DNA of 64,000 nt from positions 166,422 through 230,421 of the forward strand of contig JBKEAR010000003.1 in assembly GCA_047972425.1 (NCBI GenBank). Direction: 5' to 3'. This document shows, one piece after another, positions 42,339-53,131 of the stretch (positions are counted from its first letter, which is position 1; every line of letters begins with the position of its first letter). The DNA comes from Alphaproteobacteria bacterium (GTDB lineage Bacteria > Pseudomonadota > Alphaproteobacteria > JBKEAR01). The position numbers and the translations under genes are program-made. The notes beneath the pieces were generated by a model. The model had not been told where the DNA came from, did no database searches, and worked only from the letters and a program-made list of their open reading frames with translations.

Positions 42339-43610
42339 ATGATAAAAATAGGCATCGCAGGTATTGGTGTTGTCGGTTTTGGCAGCTTAGAACTTTTAGT
42401 AAAAAATAAAGAATTAATTAAACAACGTACGGGTGAAGACGTTGTTGTAACTGCAGTTGCAAACCGAATGCCTAAAGATATTACCAATATGAGCGATGCT
42501 CGTTTTTATGATGATGCTCTAGAAATGTTGGATACTGAAGATTTTGATGTGGTTTTAGAACTTATGGGGGGCTCTGGCGGTGTTGCGTTAGAGTTTGTAA
42601 AAAAAGCTATTCAAAAAAACATTCATGTGGTTACAGCCAATAAAGCCTTATTGGCGCATTATGGTAATACATTATTTGCCTTAGCGAAACAACATGGCGT
42701 TCACATTGGCTTTGAGGCCTCTGTTGGTGGGGGTATCCCTTGTTTAAAGGGCTTGCGTGAAGGTTTAGCCGCTAATGAAATTAAGGCGGTTTATGGTCTT
42801 TTAAACGGAACATCAAATTATATTTTAACCGAAATGACCGAAACAGGTGGATCATTCGAGGATATTTTGGCTAAAGCCCAAGAATTAGGTTATGCCGAAG
42901 CCGACCCGACTTTTGATGTCGGCGGTATTGATGCAGCCCATAAACTATCGTTACTGGCCGCAATGGCATTTGGTAACGAGATTGATTTTGCATCGGTTCG
43001 CACCGATGGCATTAACGAAATTACACCTGTTGATATCGCCTATGCCAAAGAGTTGGGTTATAAAATTAAATTGTTAGCTCTTGCCCGTAAAACCGCCCAT
43101 GGTATCGAGCAACGGGTTCAACCTGTTATGTTGCCTAAAAATAATCCGGTCGCACAGGTTGATGGTGTGTTTAATACCGTTGTGGTCGAGGGTGACTTTA
43201 TTGGCCGCACACAGTTTAATGGCCCCGGTGCTGGGGATCATGCAACGGCATCGGCTGTTATTGCCGATGTCATTGATATTGCACGTAACGTCAATGTGCC
43301 GCCGCTTTCATATATAGAATTAAAATCACCAAACCCATTAAAGTTAGAAGAGGCCGAAAATAGTTATTATTTGCGTATTCAATGCATGGATAATCCGGGC
43401 TCTTTGGCGAAGATAACAAAAATATTGGGCGAAGCCGGTTTATCGATTGTTTCGGTTTTACAACATGAGGCCGATCATAATCAGATTGTTCCTGTTGTAT
43501 TTACACTTGCGCCGGCAAAAAGACCGATTGTCTTAGATGCTATTCAAAAAATTGAAGAGCTTAATATTGTTATTGCTCCGGTAACGCATTTGCGTATAGA
43601 GAAATTTTAA
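42339..43610 (+). CDS. hom: Homoserine dehydrogenase with C-terminal ACT domain
   Basis: GIAGIGVVG NAD-binding N-terminus, EADPTFDVGGIDAAHKL, and C-terminal ACT domain. Confidence 0.9.
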   Translation: MIKIGIAGIGVVGFGSLELLVKNKELIKQRTGEDVVVTAVANRMPKDITNMSDARFYDDALEMLDTEDFDVVLELMGGSGGVALEFVKKAIQKNIHVVTANKALLAHYGNTLFALAKQHGVHIGFEASVGGGIPCLKGLREGLAANEIKAVYGLLNGTSNYILTEMTETGGSFEDILAKAQELGYAEADPTFDVGGIDAAHKLSLLAAMAFGNEIDFASVRTDGINEITPVDIAYAKELGYKIKLLALARKTAHGIEQRVQPVMLPKNNPVAQVDGVFNTVVVEGDFIGRTQFNGPGAGDHATASAVIADVIDIARNVNVPPLSYIELKSPNPLKLEEAENSYYLRIQCMDNPGSLAKITKILGEAGLSIVSVLQHEADHNQIVPVVFTLAPAKRPIVLDAIQKIEELNIVIAPVTHLRIEKF

Positions 43611-43624
43611 TAGAAAGCGAAATA

Positions 43625-45409
43625 ATGGTAAAAGAAGAGCAGATTGTTGATAGTTCAAAGACCGCATCGAAAAAACGGTGGATATTGCGCCGTGGAGATA
43701 ATGGCCTTGCGCAAGATTTAGAGCGTGGGTTTGCATTAAATCCGGTAACGGCCAATATCCTATCGGCGCGTGGTTTTTCTATTGATGATATGCCTACATT
43801 TTTAGACCCTAAATTGGCATCTTCATTGCCCGATCCATTTGTTATGGCGGATATGAAAAAATTCTCGGTAGCGATTACAAAGCTTATTTTAAATGGGGAA
43901 CCCATTGGCATTATTGGAGATTATGATGTTGATGGTGCAACCAGTACAGCCTTATTATTGCGCTTTCTTAAGGCAATTAAAATTCGCCATACCCATTATA
44001 TTCCGGATCGGATAGATGAGGGTTACGGCCCAAGCCCTGCTGCTTTTGAACATTTTAAACAACATAATATTAAACATATTATCGCTGTGGATTGCGGTAC
44101 AACCGCTTTTGAAATTTTAGAAGAAGCTGCAAATGATGGTTTTTTTATTCATATTTTAGACCATCATGAGCCGGCACTTTCTTTGCCTGTTTGTGAGTCC
44201 ATTGTTAATCCAAGACGTTTTGATGATCAGTCAGGCTTAGGGCATTTAGCTGCTGTGGGTGTTGTGTTTATGGGGTTGGTTGCCATTAACCGTAATTTAC
44301 GTGAGGTTGGTTATTACAAAAGCAATAAAATTACCGAGCCGCAACTCATGGAACAATTAGATTTAGTTGCTTTAGGCACAGTATGCGATGTTGTACCGCT
44401 TACAGGGCTTAATCGGGCTTTTGTCTCGCAAGGATTAAAGGTGATGAAACGCCGGGGCAATATCGGGCTTAAACATTTGTGCGATATATCTGGCCTTAAT
44501 GAAGCCCCACAAGCTTGGCATTTAGGTTTTATGCTTGGGCCACGGATTAATGCGGGGGGGCGTGTTGGAAAATCAGACCATGGTGCGCGATTATTATCAA
44601 CCTTAAATGAAAATGAAGCCAAAAAGCTAACACAAGAACTAGATAGTTTTAACAAGCAGCGACAATCGATTGAGCAAGATATTTTAGAAGAAGCAAAAAT
44701 TCAGCTTAACCAGATTAAAACACCGCAATCGGCTATTATTATTGGTGATTCCCAATGGCATTCGGGGGTGGTGGGGATTATTGCCTCGCGGATTAAAGAG
44801 CAATATTATAAGCCTTGTTTGGTTTGGTGTTCGGATAACGAGGGTAATTATGTTGGCTCCGGTCGCTCCATACCGGGGGTCGATTTAGGCTCTATTATTT
44901 TATCGGCCGTAGAATCCGGTGTGTTAATCCGAGGTGGCGGGCACTCGCAAGCTGCAGGGTTTACCGTTTTACCTTCAAAGCTCGATGAATTTAAAGAGTT
45001 TATCAATAAACGTGTATCGCAATATATTAAAAATAACGATATTATCCCTGAGCTTCATCTTGATGCTTTAATCAGCCCCGAGGCTGCGCGGGTATCGCTT
45101 ATGGAAGATTTAGAAAAGTTAGCCCCATTTGGCATGGCTAATCCGCAACCTAAATTTGTTATTAAAGTCGATAAACTCAATATTGTTACACCTGTGGGCG
45201 TAGACAAACAGCATTTACGCTGTATTATTGATGTTAAAGGTTCTCCGAATATTACGGCCATGGCTTTTAGAGTAGCCGGAACAGAGCTTGAGCAAACATT
45301 ATTACAAGCAAAAGGAAAGGCTGTATCGTTGGTTGGAGTTTTAAAAATTAACCAATGGAATGGTATTACAGCCCCCCAAATCATCATTGAAGATGCAGCG
45401 ATTTTATAG
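43625..45409 (+). CDS. recJ: Single-stranded-DNA-specific exonuclease RecJ
   Basis: DHH motifs IGDYDVDGATS, DHH (ILDHHE). DHHA1 GGGHSQAAG. Confidence 0.9.
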   Translation: MVKEEQIVDSSKTASKKRWILRRGDNGLAQDLERGFALNPVTANILSARGFSIDDMPTFLDPKLASSLPDPFVMADMKKFSVAITKLILNGEPIGIIGDYDVDGATSTALLLRFLKAIKIRHTHYIPDRIDEGYGPSPAAFEHFKQHNIKHIIAVDCGTTAFEILEEAANDGFFIHILDHHEPALSLPVCESIVNPRRFDDQSGLGHLAAVGVVFMGLVAINRNLREVGYYKSNKITEPQLMEQLDLVALGTVCDVVPLTGLNRAFVSQGLKVMKRRGNIGLKHLCDISGLNEAPQAWHLGFMLGPRINAGGRVGKSDHGARLLSTLNENEAKKLTQELDSFNKQRQSIEQDILEEAKIQLNQIKTPQSAIIIGDSQWHSGVVGIIASRIKEQYYKPCLVWCSDNEGNYVGSGRSIPGVDLGSIILSAVESGVLIRGGGHSQAAGFTVLPSKLDEFKEFINKRVSQYIKNNDIIPELHLDALISPEAARVSLMEDLEKLAPFGMANPQPKFVIKVDKLNIVTPVGVDKQHLRCIIDVKGSPNITAMAFRVAGTELEQTLLQAKGKAVSLVGVLKINQWNGITAPQIIIEDAAIL

Positions 45410-45411
45410 CC

Positions 45412-46107
45412 ATGGTCAATATAGATATTAAATCAACGCCAAATATGCCAAAAAATGGTGGATTTTTAGAAGATTATACATGGATGCGCCTTCTTAAAAA
45501 GGAGCAAACGGTTAGCTCAAAACCAAAACCTGCTTTATTTTTAGATAGAGATGGCGTAATTAATATAGAAAAAAGCTATATTACTCAGCCGGATATGTTG
45601 GAGTTAGAAGATGGTATTATTGAATTAATACGCTATTATAATCAGCAAAATTGGCCGGTTATTGTGGTAACTAATCAATCGGGTATAGCCAAAGAAAAAA
45701 TAAATTGGGCAACTTATTGGCTTATTGAAGATCGCCTTATTCAAGATTTATCGGCCAAAGGGGCATTTTTAGACCTTATTTTGGCTTGTCCTTGTCATCC
45801 GGAGGGGATAGAACCATATGATGACCCAAAGGCTCCGTCACGTAAACCTGCACCGGGTATGATTAATACGGCCAATGCATTATTTGCAATTAACAAAGAG
45901 CAATCGGTTATTATTGGGGATCGGCTAAGGGATATAGAGGCTGGTTATAATGCTGGCCTTGCTTACGGAATATTAAGGGATTCTAACCATGCCGAAGGAA
46001 GAATAGAGTGGAATAATGCAACCGTGGATATGTTTGCACCATTTCAGTTAAAAAAAATAAAAAATGTGGGTGAGGCTTTGCCTATAATTAAAGAGATGAT
46101 TAAATAG
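45412..46107 (+). CDS. HAD-IIIA family hydrolase, GmhB-like (D,D-heptose 1,7-bisphosphate phosphatase family)
   Basis: LFLDRDGVIN motif I. VTNQSG motif II. About 35-aa N-terminal extension. Confidence 0.6.
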   Translation: MVNIDIKSTPNMPKNGGFLEDYTWMRLLKKEQTVSSKPKPALFLDRDGVINIEKSYITQPDMLELEDGIIELIRYYNQQNWPVIVVTNQSGIAKEKINWATYWLIEDRLIQDLSAKGAFLDLILACPCHPEGIEPYDDPKAPSRKPAPGMINTANALFAINKEQSVIIGDRLRDIEAGYNAGLAYGILRDSNHAEGRIEWNNATVDMFAPFQLKKIKNVGEALPIIKEMIK

Positions 46108-46115
46108 AGAAAAAG

Positions 46116-47474
46116 ATGACAAATATTACAGCTGAATTATTAGAAAAATTCGAATTTAAGGTGCCCCGTTATACAAGTTACCCAACAGCACCACATTTTT
46201 CGGCCGAGGTCGGCAGCGATACCTATGCCGATTGGCTTGAGCATCAAGATGCAAATGACCCTATATCTCTTTATATACACGTCCCTTATTGCGATACTTT
46301 ATGTTGGTTTTGTGCGTGTAATACGCAAATAACTAATAATTATCGCCGGATAGAAAGCTATATGAAGTGGCTTGAGGTAGAGGCCGAGCGTCTCCATCAT
46401 CATCTTGGCTTCAAGCCCAAAATTGCACGCCTTCATTGGGGTGGGGGATCACCCACTTTACTCCAAAAAGACGATTGGAAAAAAATGGGTGATATCATTC
46501 ATAAATATTTCGATTTCACCGATGATAAAGAGCTTTCGGTAGAGCTTGACCCTAGGGATATCAAACGAGACTATACCGAAACCTTATATGATGTTGGTAT
46601 TAATCGCGCAAGCATTGGCGTGCAAGATTTTGAGGCCGATGTTCAAAAGGCTATCAATCGTATCCAACCTTATGAAGTGGTAGAAGAGGTTGTTTTAGGC
46701 TTACGAGATGTGGGAATAGATAATATCAATTTAGATATTATGTATGGCTTACCCAACCAAACTTATGAACGTACAATTGCTATGAGTGAAAAATGCTTAA
46801 AACTCAATCCGAAACGGGTGGCACTTTTTGGTTATGCCCATGTTCCATGGATGAAGCCGCATCAAAAACATATCCCCGAAGATAGTTTACCCGGTGGTTG
46901 GGATAGATATTTGCAATTTAAAGTGATAGAAGAAATTTTTATAAAAAATGGATTAGAACCTATTGGTTTAGACCATTTTGCAGTTAAGGAAGATAGTCTT
47001 TACATTGCACAAAAGCAAGGGCGTATGCGCCGGAATTTTCAGGGATATACAACCGATACAGCAGCAACACTCATTGGCTTAGGCCCAAGCTCTATTGGTA
47101 GCATGCCCCAAGGTTATGTGCAAAATCAGGCTTCTATTAGTATGTGGAAAAGTGAGCTCAAACATGGGTTTTTACCAATTCATAAGGGTTTAAAACTTAC
47201 CAATGATGACCGTTTACGCCGTGGCGTAATTGAGAAACTTATGTGCGACCTCACTGTTGATTTAGATGAGCAATTACACAAATATGGATATACAGAATTT
47301 ATATTCGATGATGAACTTAAAGCCTTAAAGCCATTAGAGGAAGAGGGGCTGGTACAAATTAATGGTCATATGATATCAGTAAAAATGGAGCATCGGTTAT
47401 TTTTGCGGGCAGCTGCAGCCGCATTCGATACTTACCTAAATACAGGCAAAGCACAACATAGCCGAGCCATATAA
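46116..47474 (+). CDS. hemN: Oxygen-independent coproporphyrinogen III oxidase (radical SAM) HemN
   Basis: PYCDTLCWFCACN CxxxCxxC radical-SAM motif. 452 aa HemN architecture. Confidence 0.9.
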   Translation: MTNITAELLEKFEFKVPRYTSYPTAPHFSAEVGSDTYADWLEHQDANDPISLYIHVPYCDTLCWFCACNTQITNNYRRIESYMKWLEVEAERLHHHLGFKPKIARLHWGGGSPTLLQKDDWKKMGDIIHKYFDFTDDKELSVELDPRDIKRDYTETLYDVGINRASIGVQDFEADVQKAINRIQPYEVVEEVVLGLRDVGIDNINLDIMYGLPNQTYERTIAMSEKCLKLNPKRVALFGYAHVPWMKPHQKHIPEDSLPGGWDRYLQFKVIEEIFIKNGLEPIGLDHFAVKEDSLYIAQKQGRMRRNFQGYTTDTAATLIGLGPSSIGSMPQGYVQNQASISMWKSELKHGFLPIHKGLKLTNDDRLRRGVIEKLMCDLTVDLDEQLHKYGYTEFIFDDELKALKPLEEEGLVQINGHMISVKMEHRLFLRAAAAAFDTYLNTGKAQHSRAI

Positions 47475-47578
47475 TCGCCAATTTAATCCAATTTCATTCT
47501 AAAATAATTAGGATAATTTAAAATTTTAGGCAGTTGAAATTGGATTATGCCCATAACTAATATGTAAAAAATTGGGTT

Positions 47579-48730
47579 TTATTGGCTTTTTTGTATCTTT
47601 TTTTGGCTCTCAATTTCACTTAAATCAAATAAAGCTTGCTGATAACCATTTTGAGCAGCTATTTTAAGCCAATAAATGGCTTGTTTTTCGTCTTTTTCAG
47701 TTCCTAGGCCATAATATAAAGCATTGCCAAATAGATATTGCCCTTTAGCACTACCATTTTCGGCAGCTATACGGTACCAATAGGTGGATTGCTCACTGTT
47801 GGGTGTGATATCCTTATTTCCAGAAAAATACATCGCTCCCAAATCAAGCATTGCTTGATTATCGCCTAATAAGGCGGCTTTAGTTAACCATTTTTCGGCT
47901 TCAATACCATTGATTTGCGTACCGCGACCGGTTAAATATAAGGCCGCCACTAAACGCATTGCATCGGTATTATGTTCGTTCGCTTTAGCAAGCATAGCCT
48001 CTAATAACTGCTTAGCGGGGTCGGTTTTTTCGCTTATTGTTGCCATATCTAAACTCGCAAGCCACTCTTTGGCACGTGGATCGCCGCTTTCTGCCCCTGT
48101 TCGGCATAACCTTAAGGCTTCATCTAAATTAAAAAGAAGGGTATCATCTTTATTGGCAAACATGAGCGCCAAATCATAAAAAGCACGATTTTCTCCGCCA
48201 TTAGTGGCACGCAAAAAATCAGTAATCGCAGCTTCTGTATCCTTATGAATACCTAATCCGTCACGATACGCAATACCTCTTAACCAATAAGCAGTTGCAT
48301 CGTTATTCATAAGTGCTTGTTCCAAATAAGGAATTGCAAGTTGAGGATCAACTTTAATTTCTGGGTTAAGAAACAAAAGCTTAGCTACATTTGTTAAACC
48401 TAAATTAAGCGGATTAAAATTTGGGTCTTTAGAAAGATATTCATTATCGTAAATATCCGATAAATCCTGTACACGTATATATCCAATATCGCCTGTTTTG
48501 AGCTGAAGCTCCCACCATGCCTCACTATTATCAATAATGAAATTCTGCACATTTAAAATATCTTCAAATTTTATATTTTCTAGTATCTCAGCTGTATCTT
48601 TTGGCTGAGAAAAAATATAAGTATCAGTTACACTCATTTGTTGCATGGGTATTGTTAAGTGAAAGCGTTGCTCGATTGCGGATGCCGATAACGACAAAAA
48701 AGCAACTAAAGACAAAACCTTATAATTCAT
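47579..48730 (-). CDS. Sel1/TPR-repeat exported protein
   Basis: Signal peptide. Multiple Sel1-like repeats (A..G...A.Y.LG..Y..G.G...D...A..W..KAA). Confidence 0.7.
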   Translation of the reverse strand: MNYKVLSLVAFLSLSASAIEQRFHLTIPMQQMSVTDTYIFSQPKDTAEILENIKFEDILNVQNFIIDNSEAWWELQLKTGDIGYIRVQDLSDIYDNEYLSKDPNFNPLNLGLTNVAKLLFLNPEIKVDPQLAIPYLEQALMNNDATAYWLRGIAYRDGLGIHKDTEAAITDFLRATNGGENRAFYDLALMFANKDDTLLFNLDEALRLCRTGAESGDPRAKEWLASLDMATISEKTDPAKQLLEAMLAKANEHNTDAMRLVAALYLTGRGTQINGIEAEKWLTKAALLGDNQAMLDLGAMYFSGNKDITPNSEQSTYWYRIAAENGSAKGQYLFGNALYYGLGTEKDEKQAIYWLKIAAQNGYQQALFDLSEIESQKKIQKSQ

Positions 48731-49113
48731 TATTTGTAAAGCTCCTTAGGGTTTTGTATGGGCTCGCTTGTAATAACAATGCCGTTATTGGTTATTTTAT
48801 TATAAAAGCAGCTCCGGCGACCTGTATGGCAAGCGGCACCTTTTTGTTTCACTTTTAACAATAGGGTATCCATATCGCAATCTGTTAAAATTTCAATAAG
48901 TTGCTGCTGATTGCCCGAGGTTTCACCTTTACGCCAAAAATTATTACGAGAACGCGACCAATAGCAAACTTGTTTGGTGGTTAATGTTTCAATCAGAGAA
49001 TCCTTATTCATCCATGCCATCATTAAAACCTCATTCGTATCAAAATCGATAGCTATAGCAGGGATGAGGCCTTGTGTATTAAACTGCAATTGTTCTAAAA
49101 AATCCGTATTCAT
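48730..49113 (-). CDS. hisI: Phosphoribosyl-AMP cyclohydrolase HisI
   Basis: GLIPAIAIDFDTNEVLMMAWMNKDSL...CDMDTLLLKV...GAACHTGRRSCF motifs. Likely start at the Met at 49113. The ORF is open to 49212. Confidence 0.8.
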   Translation of the reverse strand: MNTDFLEQLQFNTQGLIPAIAIDFDTNEVLMMAWMNKDSLIETLTTKQVCYWSRSRNNFWRKGETSGNQQQLIEILTDCDMDTLLLKVKQKGAACHTGRRSCFYNKITNNGIVITSEPIQNPKELYK

Positions 49114-49186
49114 TATGCGTTTCTCTTGCTTTTCGTCTGGATAAAACCTATTTTGATTAAGTATAATATAATGATGAGATGAAAAT

Positions 49187-49936
49187 ATGGCAATGAAAGA
49201 TGAAAAAATCATTCAGCTTGAGAATATTTCTTGGGAAGTTGATGATCGCTTAATTTTAGATAATATCAATTTATCAATTTTTAAAAGGGAGTATATTTCA
49301 CTCATCGGGCCTAATGGAGCAGGTAAGAGTAGCTTATGCAAACTTATATTGGGGCTTATAAAACCAACCCAAGGTAAAATAGAAAAAAAATTAAATTTAC
49401 AAGTGGCTTATGTTCCACAAATATTTTCTGCCAACAATGCTATTCCTATTAAAATAGAAGAGTTTATAGAGTTAAGCTTAAAAAATACTTCAGCTAATGA
49501 GATAAAAAAACTTTTAACTGAGGTTGAGCTTTGGCATAAGCGTTCTTTGCCAATACAACGTTTATCTGGCGGTGAAAGGCAGCGCCTGCTTATTGCTAAG
49601 GCGCTTATAGGAAAGCCCGATTTATTGGTATTAGATGAAGCTTTTAGTCATATTAATTTTTCTGGCCAAGAAAAGTTAATCCAATTAGTTAATAATCATA
49701 AAAAAGAGGTTGGTTTTTCTGTTTTAATGGTTTCGCATGATATGTTTTGGGTTATTGCACAAACGGATCGGGTTGTTTGTGTTAACCACTCTATAACATG
49801 CTCGGGCAAGCCAATTGATATTTCAAAAAACCCAATTATTTCTAGTCTTTTAGGAGATGAGTTTACAAAAAACCTTTCATATTATGATCATCAAACACAT
49901 CATCACTATAAAGCAAATCAAGAAAAGGGAATATAA
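49187..49936 (+). CDS. znuC: Zinc/manganese ABC transporter ATP-binding protein (ZnuC-like), His-rich C-terminus
   Basis: Walker A GPNGAGKSSL, signature LSGGERQRL, C-terminal HQTHHHY. Confidence 0.8.
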   Translation: MAMKDEKIIQLENISWEVDDRLILDNINLSIFKREYISLIGPNGAGKSSLCKLILGLIKPTQGKIEKKLNLQVAYVPQIFSANNAIPIKIEEFIELSLKNTSANEIKKLLTEVELWHKRSLPIQRLSGGERQRLLIAKALIGKPDLLVLDEAFSHINFSGQEKLIQLVNNHKKEVGFSVLMVSHDMFWVIAQTDRVVCVNHSITCSGKPIDISKNPIISSLLGDEFTKNLSYYDHQTHHHYKANQEKGI

Positions 49937-50716
49937 ATGGAAGTATTTATTGTTCCGGTAATAACATCAATTTTATTAGCATTTTCAATACCCCCTTTAT
50001 CGATACTAACAAATTGGTTTAAGTTATCATGGTTTGGCGAAACCCTAGCGCATGCGAGTTTATTAGGGGTAGGATTAGGGTTAGTTTTTTCAGTTAATCC
50101 ATTTATATCTATATTATTAATTAGTATCTTATTGGCATGGGTAACTTATTTACTCATTTTTCAGCAAAATGCTGGTGATGTTAGCCATTATTTAGCTATA
50201 TTTTCCCATGGTTTTTTAGCCATTGGTTCTTTATTTGCGCTAACCAATGCACAAGCAATTAATATAGAGGCTTGGTTGTTTGGGCAAATTATCAATGCAC
50301 AAATTAATGATATTTATATTCTTATTGCTATATCAGCTGCATCATGGGCATTTTTGTTGGTAAAAAGAAAGTCCATTATATTATCTGCTTTACATACGGA
50401 TTTAGCAGCAGTTGAGGGGGTGGATGTAAAGCGAATACAGCTTATAATTTTGCTTTTATTAGCTGTATCCATTGCTTTTACAATACAATTTGTTGGCATT
50501 TTACTGATTGCAGCCTTATTGGTTATTCCATCGGCCATTGCGCAAATATTTGCCAAAAATCCCACAAGCTTTATTTTGATTACATTATTTGTAACTTTGC
50601 TTTCATCTATTATGGGCGATGTCGCTGCTATAAGCTTTAATTGGCCATTTGGTCCTACAATAGTTGCATTAACCTTTTTGATATGGGTTGTTTCGCAATT
50701 ATCTAAGCGTAATTAA
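49937..50716 (+). CDS. znuB: ABC-3 family metal transporter permease (ZnuB-like)
   Basis: 259 aa, 8 TM, ABC-3 family. Translationally coupled to znuC. Confidence 0.8.
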   Translation: MEVFIVPVITSILLAFSIPPLSILTNWFKLSWFGETLAHASLLGVGLGLVFSVNPFISILLISILLAWVTYLLIFQQNAGDVSHYLAIFSHGFLAIGSLFALTNAQAINIEAWLFGQIINAQINDIYILIAISAASWAFLLVKRKSIILSALHTDLAAVEGVDVKRIQLIILLLLAVSIAFTIQFVGILLIAALLVIPSAIAQIFAKNPTSFILITLFVTLLSSIMGDVAAISFNWPFGPTIVALTFLIWVVSQLSKRN

Positions 50717-51870
50717 CTAAGCTCTTTAAAAGCATGAGAGAGGTCGGTAATTAAATCATCGGCATCTTCCAAACCGCAATGAAGGCGTAGGCAAGGATGT
50801 TGATGTTTCTCATTTTTTATTTGTCGGAACATATCTTTGTCGAAACGCGTGATTAAACTATCAAATCCCCCCCAAGAGACCCCCATACGAAAGAGCTGAA
50901 GCTTGTTGAGAAAAGCCTCAATTTTTTGGTCGCTATAGTCATTTAAGATAACACTAAATAACCCTGGTGCCCCTGTGAAATCTCTTTGCCAAAGTGTATA
51001 ATATGGAGAATTTGGTAATGCTGGGTATAAAACTTCTTTAACCTCTGGGCGATTTTCTAACCATGTTGCAACTTTAATTCCGGTTTCTTGATGCTGTTTA
51101 AGCCGTACAGTTAAAGTGCGTAACCCACGCAGAGCCAACCAACAATCTTCAGCCGATACACCATAACCAAACATAACAGCTGTTAATTTTAGTTTTTTCC
51201 ATAATTGTTCATCTTTGGTTGAAACCATCCCCATAAGAATATCAGAATGCCCGCCGACAAATTTAGTGCCTGCATGCAAGGTAACATCAACCCCTAAATT
51301 GAATGCATTACAAAATAAACCAGCAGACCATGTATTATCGTAAATTGTAATTATATCATTAGCTTTTGCAACTTTACAAATGGCTCGAATATCAGCCATT
51401 TCCATTGTTTGAGAGCCGGGGCTTTCAACATAAATAACTTTTGTATTTTCTTTGATAAAAGGCGTAATATCGGTACAATCCGATGGATACCAATCAACCT
51501 CAATATTCATGCGTTGTAAAAAACGTTTAGAAATACGCGATGTAGGGCCATAAGCAGCATTGCTAATTAACACGTGATCGCCAGTTTGGACAAAGCTTGT
51601 AATACCAACAGCAATAGCAGCAAGCCCCGATGGTACTGCAATACAATAATTAGCACCTTCAAGCTTGCAAATGGCTTCTTCAAATGCGCGTTGAGTTGGG
51701 TTAGAGATTAAACCATAAAAATCACCATTCCACTCATTTTTCTCACCTTCATGAAAGTCAGCAACTGTATCAAAAGTTACCGTGGAACCCCGATAAATTG
51801 GTGGGTTAACATAGCCTTTATTATTATCTTCGGTATGGCCAGATTTTAACAATTGTGTTTGTTTTTTCAT
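50713..51870 (-). CDS. metC: Cystathionine beta-lyase / Cys-Met metabolism PLP enzyme
   Basis: GTKFVGGHSDILMG PLP-lysine region. 385 aa. Confidence 0.8.
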   Translation of the reverse strand: MKKQTQLLKSGHTEDNNKGYVNPPIYRGSTVTFDTVADFHEGEKNEWNGDFYGLISNPTQRAFEEAICKLEGANYCIAVPSGLAAIAVGITSFVQTGDHVLISNAAYGPTSRISKRFLQRMNIEVDWYPSDCTDITPFIKENTKVIYVESPGSQTMEMADIRAICKVAKANDIITIYDNTWSAGLFCNAFNLGVDVTLHAGTKFVGGHSDILMGMVSTKDEQLWKKLKLTAVMFGYGVSAEDCWLALRGLRTLTVRLKQHQETGIKVATWLENRPEVKEVLYPALPNSPYYTLWQRDFTGAPGLFSVILNDYSDQKIEAFLNKLQLFRMGVSWGGFDSLITRFDKDMFRQIKNEKHQHPCLRLHCGLEDADDLITDLSHAFKELS

Positions 51871-51881
51871 GAATATTCTCT

Positions 51882-52517
51882 TTATTTGGGGTTACATTGG
51901 GTTTCGCCCGATAGTGTAGCCGAAAAATTATGGATTTCAATTAAATTTCCCTTAGTCGATAAAATCCATCTTTTATCAGGGTATTGCGCATCGGATAAAA
52001 TAAGTAATGCGCCCGTAGGAATATGGGATTGAAAGATAATTGGATATAGCATATTTGAGTAGGTGCTTAGCGTGGCGGGTTTAAAATGACCATCATTTTT
52101 AAAAAAAATACATTTATGCCCAGCTTGGGTCTGAATAATCATATAGCTTGAAAGAAAAGCCAATATCATAAATACAATACAAAAACATGTACTTAAAATA
52201 GCAATGAGCTGAGATTTATAAAAAAGAGCAATAATGACAATAATCATTGGAAGAGCAAGAGTGATGATGAGATAGGTTGTATCGTATAAATAGAAACTGA
52301 GGCCAATAACCCCAAAATAAATAATCAAAATTGGTAAATATAATCTCGGATGAAAATAGCCCAGACCCGATAATATAATTCCGCCGAAAAAAGCTGTTAA
52401 AAATATGGCTTGTGGAGAAAATTTATAAATAAGCGTAAGGTTAGCCAATATCAGGGCGATAACCCAACATGACCAAAAGCCCCCCAATAACATTGCATAT
52501 ATTATTTTTTTAACCAT
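51882..52517 (-). CDS. Hypothetical polytopic membrane protein
   Basis: 5 predicted TM helices plus a ~70-aa C-terminal soluble region. Overlaps the nudF stop by 16 nt (operonic). Confidence 0.45.
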   Translation of the reverse strand: MVKKIIYAMLLGGFWSCWVIALILANLTLIYKFSPQAIFLTAFFGGIILSGLGYFHPRLYLPILIIYFGVIGLSFYLYDTTYLIITLALPMIIVIIALFYKSQLIAILSTCFCIVFMILAFLSSYMIIQTQAGHKCIFFKNDGHFKPATLSTYSNMLYPIIFQSHIPTGALLILSDAQYPDKRWILSTKGNLIEIHNFSATLSGETQCNPK

Positions 52518-53131
52518 TGTTCTTTAATTTTTTGTTGGTTAATTCTCAGCCATTGTAAAGCAATAATCGCTGTTGCATTAGTAATTTCACCATTATCAAG
52601 CATTTCCCACGCCTGTGCGCATGATAATATATGGGTTTTAATATCCTCGGCTTCATAGTCTAACCCAAAAACACCACCGGCTTTTTGGCTATCGATATGG
52701 GCAATAAATAAGTGAATAAACTCACTTACCGCGCCCGGGCTAACAAAGAAAGGTTGAATATAAGATAGATGATTAATCTCTAAATTTGCTTCTTCTTTGG
52801 CTTCTCTTCGGGCAACATCTTCAATCGTTTCACCATTATCAATAATACCAGCAATAATTTCATACATCCAAGCGTTCGATTTTTTATCGTGCCAATTTTC
52901 ATCTTGCATGCCGATATATGTGCCGGGTCGGAATTGCTCGATTAATATAATTTTATCTTCAATTGGGTCATAAGGTAAAACGGCAACAGCATGGCCACGC
53001 TCAAATATTTCCCTTTCAACCTCTTTACCCATTTCACCACTAAATTGACGATAAGAGAAAATGTATTTATTAATCTCAAAATAACCTTTAAATTCTTCAA
53101 TTTTTTTGATTTGTTCGACTTTATAATCCAT
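52502..53131 (-). CDS. nudF: ADP-ribose pyrophosphatase (Nudix)
   Basis: Nudix box GIIDNGETIEDVARREAKEEANL. Confidence 0.75.
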   Translation of the reverse strand: MDYKVEQIKKIEEFKGYFEINKYIFSYRQFSGEMGKEVEREIFERGHAVAVLPYDPIEDKIILIEQFRPGTYIGMQDENWHDKKSNAWMYEIIAGIIDNGETIEDVARREAKEEANLEINHLSYIQPFFVSPGAVSEFIHLFIAHIDSQKAGGVFGLDYEAEDIKTHILSCAQAWEMLDNGEITNATAIIALQWLRINQQKIKEQWLKK

